Assembly (NCBI GenBank): GCA_030141605.1
Contig: JAQGDQ010001437.1
Location: 28,933-41,208 of the forward strand
Direction of reading: 5' to 3'
Length of the DNA: 12,276 nt
DNA from: Tubiluchus corallicola
Lineage: Eukaryota > Animalia > Priapulida
Shown: piece by piece, positions 1 to 8,600 of the stretch
How the letters are laid out: each line of letters starts with the position of its first letter
Numbering within the stretch: position 1 is the stretch's first letter
Notes under the pieces: generated by a model
The model's input: only the letters and a program-made list of their open reading frames with translations
Told to the model about the DNA's origin: nothing
Database searches by the model: none
Position numbers and translations under genes: made by a program

Positions 1-245
1 TGTGTGCGGTGTGATGTGGTGGAGTATTATGGTGTGGGTGGTGTGGTGTGCTGTGTGGGTGGTGCAGTGGTATGGTGTGGTGTGATATGGTGGAGTGGTA
101 TGGTGTGGGTGGTGTGGTGTGTAGGTGGTATGGTGTGGTGCAGTGCGGTGTGGTGGTATTGTGTGGTGCAGTGTGGTGCGACGAGGTGGAGTGGTATGGT
201 GTGGTGCAGTGTGGTGTGATGAGGTGGAGTGGTGTGGTGTGGGTT
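1..245. repeat. Degenerate GT-rich low-complexity repeat based on GTGGT-type pentamers
   Basis: Runs of gtggt/gtgga/gcagt/atggt. A ~38-bp higher-order unit (gtggtgcagtgtggtgYgaYgaggtggagtggtRtggt) occurs at ~163-200 and ~201-238. The overlapping W/C/V/G-rich and H/T/P-rich ORFs are artefacts of this composition. Confidence 0.9.
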
Positions 246-558
246 TTGTGTTGATTTGTGCACAAAATTCTTTTTGTGGGGTTTGGCTAGTATTATATTA
301 TTTATGCATTTGCTGAATTTCTTTCGTACGAAGACAGCTCAGTTCCTATATTGAAGTAAACGACATATATATACAGGAACATTTCAAGACATTACGACGC
401 TCTGGGCTTTTCAGTCTAGCTCTAGCTCATCTTTCTGATGAAGCAGTGTACAAGTGTTTGTGGTGTATTAGTAGCACATTAACTACGTGATTATTGTTAA
501 TTATATAAACTGGCAAAACGCTTATATGTAAAACAGGCTGCGCTCTCCCTGTGGTGTA

Positions 559-845
559 ATTTAGATTTAAATTTAAATTTAGGTTTAGATTTGGATTTAT
601 TTCTCATAGAAAGCAATGTACATTGACAGATATGTAATATTAATGACAAAAAACTATTTGCTTACAATAAAATACTTCAATGTGTACTGAAAGAAAATCT
701 TGTAAGCACAACATTGATAGTGAGAAAGGATTACGTAAGACAAAGCAGTGTATAAGATTAGGGTGTGTATAGACAAGAATGCGATTAGAGGTGCAGGTTA
801 GTCAAGGGGCAATATATATATATGTCAAAAAACATATGAGCTATA

Positions 846-881
<36 letters not shown>

Positions 882-1250
882 ACATTATGCATTACACAAC
901 TGCTTGTGAAAATCATCATAATAGACGACAGACAATGACGAACACGTGACAGTTGACAAAGATATACATTATATACATTATTATAATTTATTAACAAGAT
1001 ATCCATAAAAAATTAAAAAAAACGTAAGTAGTCAATAGTTACTGAACAAATAATTTCATTTCTTTCTTAAACTTGTAAATTGAGCGCGCTTGTTTCACAG
1101 CTACAGGGAGAGATTTTAGGTGCAGTTATGTTTATAAAGCGTTTCATTGCATTGGTTCTACAGGGTGGTATAATGTATTCATTAAATCTGGTGTTATGGG
1201 TTTAAACTCAACGTATTTGCAAAGAAATTAGGGAGCAGTTTGTTATGGGT
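559..1250 (-). mobile_element. 3' end of a decayed CR1/L2/Crack-group LINE (ORF2 C-terminus, 3' UTR, hexamer tail)
   Basis: The minus strand from ~1198 reads HNTRFNEYIIPPCRTNAMKRFINITAPKI, then after a frameshift SLPVAVKQARSIYKFKKEMKLFVQ* (stop at 1039-1041). This matches the typical 'HNTR...P..RT...PK.WNSLP...FK' ORF2 end. AATAAA on the minus strand (596-601) is followed by a degenerate hexamer tail (atttag/atttaa units at 559-594). Confidence 0.75.
849..878. repeat. (AT)15 microsatellite
   Basis: Perfect AT dinucleotide run inside the LINE 3' UTR. Confidence 0.95.
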
Positions 1251-1818
1251 AATGTTTATTATCGAGCAATTGCGGTTGTTTGCTACATGGGACTTTAATA
1301 AATGCTGGCTGACAATTAAACTACTTGTGTTGTGTTATAAAATATGCGCTTTAGATAACAATGAAAGGATACACATTTTCCGAAGAGAATAAGAATGGTT
1401 TAACACTGGACACTAAAATCTGGAGTCCTCAATATTTGGCGCCCTGGGCTTATTTTGCACATATAAAGAAAGCTAAAATACATTATTAAAAAAACTATCA
1501 CGAACTATAACCACACAGTAAAACGGAAAGACAGTGTGCCCTAAATAGCTTAGTCGTTAACAATGGATTCGGTTGACTGCCAGTGAAAGAGATTGCACGA
1601 AAACGTAAGAAAAACTCTCTAAAATTTTCTTATACGTTCAGATACGTCACTTTTACGATTGTTGATTATTACAACTCATAAATAGTTAATACTGTCAACC
1701 TACGACAATTCCTTATTTTTAAAAAACTAAAAAACACTAGACAGCATAGATACGTCTGACCTTTGATACTTATTCACTGAATGGTTACTAAATCTGGTGC
1801 ATTTTCATTTACTGTTAA

Positions 1819-2300
1819 TTAAACATAATCATGCTGCAATTAATTAGGCTTTGTCGATTCTCTTAATAGGTTTTCCCTGTTGAAAGGTTTCTCTTCGCTA
1901 ATAACCAGGAAAATGCACTTTCTAGGTCAAATTAATGATTGCTTATCGAAAACAGAATCGAATCTGTGGCAAAGAATTTTATAATTTGTATGATTCATGC
2001 GTGTAGGTGTCACTACATGCTTGATGACACCTACACGCGTGAACTTAGTCTTCTAATTGCAACAGCAAGCCGCCATTGATTTTAAAAATCTCAACATCGT
2101 CAGTTATTGTCCTGTCATGTTGGCCTCATTTCCCTATGTTCATTTTTGGGTTATACACTCGCGAATAACTCTATAGAGCCGCCCATTTCGCCGATATTAT
2201 CGATTTTTCTATGATTAACTATTGTTTCAAGAGGAAAAATTCTTTGGGCAATGAAACAGTATTGCGTTCTAATTACACGCAGATGTTTCTAATTGTTTAA
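1819..2300. mobile_element. Putative non-autonomous DNA element (MITE-like) with imperfect terminal inverted repeats and a strong internal hairpin
   Basis: The left end ttaaacataatcatgctgcaattaattag resembles the reverse complement of the right end, ttaaacaattagaaacatctgcgtgtaattag. A 19-bp inverted repeat lies inside at 1994-2012/2025-2043. Confidence 0.35.
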
Positions 2301-2332
2301 TAATGAATTTTACTGGACAAAACGAAATATGC

Positions 2333-2342
2333 AGAGAGAGAG

Positions 2343-2426
<84 letters not shown>
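2333..2426. repeat. (GA)n microsatellite, left flank of the LINE insertion
   Basis: Pure (AG)34 at 2352-2419 with interrupted edges. Confidence 0.95.
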
Positions 2427-3890
2427 TTTTGATTTTTGATTTTAATATTGTATTTCAAACTTTACGACGTTCATATACACATCACAAATTAATACAAATA
2501 ATACAATAAATCACAATACACAACAATAACCCAAATAACAATTAACGATATAACAGACTACGCCAATGACGTCTAATTACAGAATAAAAGTTTACATCAC
2601 TGTTTAAAATGTTCTTGCATATAAAATTTTCACTCTTACTCAGCCTGACTGTATGCACATTTTCTGTGAATCACATCAAAACAAATAATATGAAGTCTGG
2701 GAGAAATAGTTCTAGCGCTCGTTTCATATGAAAAGTTAAACAGCTTCCGTGTTGATACCTTATCTGCAACCTTGAGTTTGCTAAGATTGTAGGAATAAAA
2801 ATGTCTCCAAGTGGACATACAATAAAAAGTAGTGCAGTAAGCATTAAACAATTGTCTCTTCACATTAACTGAATAGTGAGTAAATTTCATGAGTAATTTA
2901 TTTGCTCTACCATAGTAAATTGAACATTGTCGTAATATATCTAAATCATCTCTATTGTCATCTGATAAAATATGACCCAGATATTTTTCCTTTTTGCTAG
3001 GTATAAAACTTTTACACTGCAAAACAACAGACCCAAAAGTAAACTGCTGCTTGTGGGCAGAGCGAAACGTGACAAGTTTAGTCTTATTCACATTTACAAG
3101 GATATCATATTCTTTAGCAAATGTATTAAAAATATCTAGCAGTCTCTGCAAAGCCGTCGAGACATGTGTCATCAGCGTACATCAAGTGATTAATGCAGGC
3201 TTCAGCAATATGACAACCCACACCAGAGTTAGTAAATGCAGCACTAAGATTTTAAAATAGAAGTTGAATAACAGAGGAGACATTTTTATACCTTGACAAC
3301 TTCCGTTACCTACTGCAAAACTATCAGAGTTAAATTTACCCCATCTAACCAACATACGTTGTTCCGTATAATAAAAAAGCAAAAGTCTAATTACTACATT
3401 TGGTAGGTTAGTATTGATAAGGAACAGTTTGAGATAGTTTACTCTATCGAACGCTGTTGATGCGTCAATAAACAGAACATGTACAGTGCTTTGTCGACTA
3501 ATGTAATAGTCAAGCACCTCTTTTAAAGTATGGATGCACATCTCTGTGCCTAAGTTTTCAACAAAACCCAAACTGGTTTGGCGTGGTACTCAAACAAGAA
3601 CTGTAACGATTTAGAAGCAGTATTTCTATAAGTTTGCTTCCTACAGATGAAAGAGCGATAGGCCTATAGTTGTTTTTGTCTGTAATATCCCCATTTTTGT
3701 CTTTAACGAGAGGTACTAGTATAGATAACATTAACGAATGTGGCAGGTAACCGTGTGTTACACAGGACGTGAATAGCAGCACCAACATGATTGCCAGCAA
3801 ATGGGATGCATTACGGAAATGTTCACCTTTAAGTCCGTCTGAACCAGCTGATTTATGTAGGGAAAGCCTATCAGTTGCCTCTTGCACTTA
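2425..3890 (-). mobile_element. 5'-truncated, frameshifted non-LTR retrotransposon (RTE-X-like) carrying a reverse transcriptase pseudogene and its 3' end
   Basis: Minus-strand RT motifs occur across several frames: KSAGSDGLKGEHF, NYRPIALSS, NQFGF, FIDASTAFDRV, GSCQGIKMSPLLFN, GVGCHIAEACINHLMYADD (YADD at 3179-3168, out of frame with the listed ORFs), KYLGHIL and LFNAYCTTFY. The C-terminus reads ...VIRRHWRSLLYR* (stop at 2542-2544). A short 3' UTR and an (AAAATC)-like tail follow at 2425-2443. The clade is assigned from motif style only. Confidence 0.9.
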
Positions 3891-3941
<51 letters not shown>

Positions 3942-3971
3942 AAGAAAGAGAGAGAGGGGGAGGGAGAGAGA
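3891..3971. repeat. (GA)n / purine-rich microsatellite, right flank of the LINE insertion
   Basis: AG repeats with T, C, AAAG and GGGG interruptions. Confidence 0.95.
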
Positions 3972-4004
3972 TAATAATGAAGTTGGGGCAGGAAGGGGTA
4001 AACA

Positions 4005-4445
4005 ACCTACAAGTTTCTTAAAGCTGCACGTTATATGAAAGGCTATTTGCTTAAGGGTATTTAGCAAATGCTAAGTGAACGCATAACTAAGTACACTATA
4101 TTCAGAATTAGTGCTAGAAAATTTCATGTGGAAAGGAATAGGTATTTTAAACCAAAAATATCTGAAGTGGTGGGCAATGTGCTTTTTAGTATGATATGTC
4201 CTGCTTGATAAAGTGAGAGAAGAGCTTTGTTTGAAAATATTGTAAAAAGTATTTCGTTCTGATGCAAATATGCCTGTGAGCAAATTGTCTTTATTAATGG
4301 CCAGAACGATGTGAAGATACGACATGAGCAAAAAAGAAAAAGGAAACGGGACGGCAAATAACTTTAACTTACACAGTTAATTTATGTTTACCATATAATA
4401 CGTTAATAGTTTTTGTACTGTGACATGTTGTGCTGTAAATAAATA
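4005..4445 (+). mobile_element. Decayed LINE ORF2 C-terminal remnant with 3' UTR
   Basis: A single frame from 4005 reads TYKFLKAARYMKGYLLKGI*QMLSERITKYTIFRISARKFHVERNRYFKPKISEVVGNVLFSMICPA**SERRALFENI. This resembles the 'TY..FK...E.YL...TKFRISAH.L.IE.GRY...HF...CP.Y...R..LF' C-terminus of invertebrate LINEs. AATAAA follows at ~4438-4443. Confidence 0.6.
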
Positions 4446-4845
4446 TGCTGCAGGTTTGACAAATATGAAAGTTGTGCTACCTATAAAATTTAGATCCGTT
4501 TCATCGCATGCATAAGATTATTGATTATTGATTTTGTTTTGTGAACTTTCCTTTCGTCACTATTACTGTTCATCATATACGTATGTGCGTGTGCATACTA
4601 TCCTCTATACTCCGAATATATATATATATACTACTATATATCTATACTCTGAATTCTGAACTAACGAAATGATGCAATGGTGATATGGTGCACTGGCGAA
4701 CTGTACTACTGAGTAAACGTATATTACTCTGACGAAATGTTGGCTTCTCGATATAAAACACTACCGAGATTATGCATTTTCGAAGTGTACCTCTATCTGA
4801 ATGTTTGTCGTACTATTGCTGATATAAATGGACTGACGAAATGTT

Positions 4846-4921
4846 ACCATCGCCACCGCCGACACCACCACCGCCACCGCCCCCGCTGCTACCCGCGCCA
4901 CCACCATCACAATCATCACCT
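4846..4921. repeat. Imperfect (CCA/CCG)n trinucleotide repeat
   Basis: ccatcgccaccgccgacaccaccaccgccaccgcc...caccaccatcac. It explains the His/Arg-rich ORF 4737-4979. Confidence 0.8.
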
Positions 4922-5109
4922 CTGCCCGAAGTTCAAAGAGAAGACAAAAAGGCGAGAGAATTCAAAATTCGTACATTAAATAATACAACCTACATATAAC
5001 ACTAAACTTGCCTGTTTCTTTTTTTACTTTTCTTGTATTTCACTCCTGAAGAACTTTAGAATATAGTACCCCAAAAATTGGCGCCCGAGGCAACTACCTA
5101 GTAGCAGAG

Positions 5110-5421
5110 TAGGTCCTGTACTTTATCAGGCGTGTTGACTCAAATGTGTACACATTTAATAATTTTGATATCTGCCGCTTACCTTATTGTGATTAAAAAG
5201 TTCCTGGTTATGTTATTCAGATAAGTTCGACGGATTGGGGTAGTGCACGACAATCTAGGTTCAATAAAGGTGGCCTACTTAATTAGGCTGTGTGTTGACT
5301 CAGACGATTATATGATTAATAATCTAATACATCGGTAAATAACCACCGCCTAATCATGATTAAAAAAGCTCCTACGTATTCAAATAGAGTTGAGGTCATT
5401 AGGGTTGTGCAGGGCAGCCTA
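5110..5421 (+). promoter_or_regulatory. Diverged tandem duplication (~160-167 bp period) upstream of the TATA box, each copy with a TGTTGACTCA (FOX/AP-1-like) site
   Basis: Collinear shared blocks: gtgttgactca (TGACTCA at 5136-5142 and 5296-5302), ttaataat, tgattaaaaa (5190 and 5357), tattca.ata, and ggg.t.gtgca (gtgca at 5243 and 5407). The regulatory role is inferred. Confidence 0.55.
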
Positions 5422-5427
5422 TATAAA
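5420..5427 (+). promoter_or_regulatory. TATA box of the VWDE-like gene
   Basis: cc-TATATAAA-tg lies ~30 nt before a pyrimidine-rich ccatcag initiator-like site (5451-5457) and ~70-78 nt before the ATG at 5498. Confidence 0.6.
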
Positions 5428-5497
5428 TGTTGCAAGAAGCAATCCTCCATCCATCAGACGTGAGTAGATGCACCATCAGTTTACATCTTCTAGAAAG

Positions 5498-5622
5498 ATG
5501 CGCAAGGTTTGGGTATTGAGTATCTTGGGCTTGTGCCTCGTGTCAGTGGAAAGTTCTGAATGCTCAAAGTGGAGCGAATGGTATCCATGTACACGATCTT
5601 GTGGAGGAGGAAAGCAGTTGAG
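5498..5622 (+). CDS. VWDE: Exon 1: signal peptide and start of a TSP1-like domain
   Basis: MRKVWVLSILGLCLVSVESSECSKWSEWYPCTRSCGGGKQL. Basic N-terminus, hydrophobic core, then the WSEW..C..SCGGG TSP1 motif. Donor AG|gtacta at 5623 (phase 2). Confidence 0.85.
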
Positions 5623-8600
5623 GTACTAATAGAGTAACAATAACGTCAGTTTTCTAGAAATTGTAGGTTAGGGATTCTACTTGCAGGACGGTGGCGTAAT
5701 TTTTATCCAACGTAAACTCATAATCTAGCAGTCCGTTAAAGCGAAGCTGGACGATTTTTCATATGCTATCCCATTTTGAAGCACGGTAAAATGTATACAT
5801 TTTTTAACGTATATAATATAATAATGCCAAAACATCTCTCATGTTTAAATAATAGGTTAAAAAATTAATTAACGTCGGTGGAGCCAAGTTTCCAAGCTAC
5901 TGATAACGTCACAAACTAACATAATTTTCAACAGCACAAATATTTCATGAGCACGTTGAACGTGTTTGCGAAAACAAAAATTGTACAACATACAGTGTAT
6001 ACAAAAACTCGGTTAACTTTAAAAGATAAAAATCGAAACTTTAAATTTACTGCTGTGCTCACGCACGAGCTCTCGAACATGTGTATTACGTCATAAGCGA
6101 ACAGCTCTGAACTGAGTGGTACAGCACCTGTTTTTCATGCAACGCGTTTCCGAAATGCAGGCGCTAGTGCATGTCTAACTGACGAATGGAGAAATGCATG
6201 TTACAGCGAAGAACTGGCCACGTGAAATTGTGTTTATGTGGTAATAATTCTTCCACGTAACTCATTTTTGAAAAAAATAGTACGTTTCCTCTCAGTATTT
6301 TAAAGAGCAGATTGTTTAAAGTCCTGCAGTTTAATATTGGGTGCGGTTTTCCTTTGACTTTACTACCTGTCACGTTTAAAATACCTTCACATTTCGGACT
6401 TTTTTCACAACTTTTTTTCGGACGGCTTGGCTTCAAAAATTCACCAGGCGTGAGTTTATTGCAAACTATTTACAGACACAGAAAATGTCAGGGCGTAACG
6501 GAAAAACAAGTTCGTGAATGCGGCAACGTTTGCCTTCATCATGGAGTATTTGCGGATGGAGCTTGCCAATGTGCTCTAGGAAGAACAGGAAGATGTTGCG
6601 AAAATGTGATAAGTTTATCAGCAACTGACGAAAAACACGGTAGGGACTTTATCATTTAAATAGCTCTGCTGTTTTGTCGTTTATTATAATTTTTTTTACT
6701 ATGACAAAAACGATTAGCGATGTCGGAAGCGCATTTCCGGTAGGATAATTATCGTGTTTATACAAAGTTAAAACTAGATTTATTCTCTTCTAGGACTAAT
6801 TATAAGTGTTCTGTATATAATAAGAACGTAGTCTTCTGTAGCTTAATTGCATAATGAATAACTTTAAAGCCAAGTGATTTTGTCTCTCGTCCATTAGATA
6901 CGTAATCGCTTAATGCATATGATATTATAAAAGTGTAGGCTTGGGCTTCAAAATGTGAGCAATTTTTGTAGGGGACGGACAAAAGGGGGCAAAGGGAATC
7001 CTCATGAAATGCATATAAAATTACTCGTCTTGTCAAAATATATAACTTGACCTTTCGTTGGGTCACTATGGCTGAAAATTCAATAAGGTCGATCCACTTA
7101 CAGTCAAAGGTCAAATTTACCCATAATCATAGTAGTAGCGTCAATTTGGTGACTTACACTAAAAACTGCAAGAAAATGTTTTCTTGTAGTATTTGGTTCC
7201 ACAAAATCACATACCTGAAATAGTCCAAAATTTGAGCACCAAAAGGCTCTAATTATGACGTCGAAAAGATGGCCACATTCGGCCAAAATTAATGGGTCTG
7301 TAGTTTTGAAAAAATTCTCATTTTGACTCAAAAGCATGAAGCTTTGCACAGGCCTAGAATCCATTAAAGTCATTGATTTTGGTTGAGAAGTCCATCAAAA
7401 TTCATCCAATATGGCGGCAATTTTCGAGGTGGCAGATAATTTGACCTTTGCTAGCTTATAAAGCCTATATCTCATCTGTGAGAGCAAACAGGATAATGAC
7501 TGTTGTCAAAATACATGTTTTCACTGTCAATGAATCCATATCTGATGCCTAAAAACAGCATGAGCAATTTCTTCATCTTGAAACGGGGTGATATTGTTTG
7601 GATCTTTAAAGTATGTATCTCTATAAAATTGCGCGAGTGAAATGTACATGTTTGTACATATGTATATATTTAAATAATTGAGTTTCTCTTTAGAAAGCAG
7701 TGCTAAGCACTGATCGAGCAACCCTCAGAACTGGATATAAGAAATAAATAAATAAACTATTTCCAGTTATGTCAAAATATCACGCTGCTATACCACCATG
7801 TCTGAAAATTTCTGCACAGTTGTAATGTAAATTAACTTTGTGTTTTATGTAGACAGTTTTTTGCAAATGTCTTTGTTATATTTTTCCACGTTTGAATAAT
7901 AACGATAAAATAAACCCAAAATGCTAACTAACATGTCCTTTCCTTCAAGAGACACACTCTTAAATATTACCTACAAATTATTTTTCGCGTCAAAAATTAG
8001 TCATGAAGATTTTCAATGTAATAGCTATTGTAGAAACGAGTCTAGCCCGTCATTCTTCTGTTTGCACGAGATATTTTATTTTAAAGGTAAAACTAGAAAC
8101 AACGACCCTTGCTTTCCTGCCAATCACATTGAAGTAAGAAATCAAGAAAGGAGGAGTGCGCTGTACAAACCTATTCCTGGTGAAGATATACTTTATTGTG
8201 ATATCGCTCTAAGGTACAGATAGTAATAACATATCAGGTGTTTTACAGACTAAAATGTTCAATAAAATGTAGAAAGGTAAGAAAGGAAGCATGGAGATAT
8301 AATATTACTAATAGCCCGGTTAAACAACATCAATCTAGTTACTAGAACGGGTTAAAGAGGTGAGCTATGCTCGCGATTTTAGGTCTTTGTTTTTTGTTGT
8401 TGTTGCACTAATTTTGTTTAATATAGAGCGTTAATTCTTGGCCCAAGCTGCAATGTCCGTGAGCGCCAATGGCATAGTATGACGTTCACTCTTTCACTCC
8501 TTCAACACAGAGTTGACCAAATTTCGTTTTTATGCCTGGTGAAGTTTATATTAAACCACTATATGCCCACATGTGTGTGAAATTTGCTTTTTCGCATCTT

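Noticed and set aside
4-316. Four overlapping ORFs rich in W/C/V/G or H/T/P
   Set aside because: They are translations of a low-complexity GT-rich repeat.
2636-3887. An active reverse transcriptase gene, retron or diversity-generating retroelement
   Set aside because: The motifs are of the non-LTR retrotransposon type. The frame is broken several times, the element is 5'-truncated, and no template/variable repeat pair is visible.
4737-4979. His/Arg-rich 80-aa ORF as a metal-binding peptide
   Set aside because: The composition comes from a CCA/CCG trinucleotide repeat, with no splice or homology support.
5079-5088. TGGCGCCCGA, resembling a tRNA-Lys primer-binding site of an LTR element
   Set aside because: Only 10 nt match, there is no adjacent LTR end or gag/pol sequence, and a similar ttggcgccc occurs near 1437. 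It is more likely a MITE remnant or chance.
6165-6210. CTGACGA...GAAA hammerhead ribozyme-like core (CTGANGA also occurs near 440, 4729 and 4834)
   Set aside because: No stem II can form, and I could not build a valid NUH cleavage triplet or stem I by eye.
5736-6459. Kolobok/piggyBac-like MITE in intron 1 (TTAA-AG... start, weak inverted match near 6435-6459)
   Set aside because: The inverted repeat match is poor and the right flank is TTAT rather than TTAA. It cannot be supported without a genome search.
6312-6659. ORFs 6312-6659, 7921-8223, 9477-9764 and 11210-11533 as standalone genes
   Set aside because: Each is a real exon plus flanking intron read-through. Splice sites and domain continuity place them in one gene.
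6800-7721. Minus-strand ORFs 6800-7114, 7104-7373 and 7527-7721
   Set aside because: They are short, have no recognisable motifs, and lie in AT-rich intronic, repeat-like sequence.
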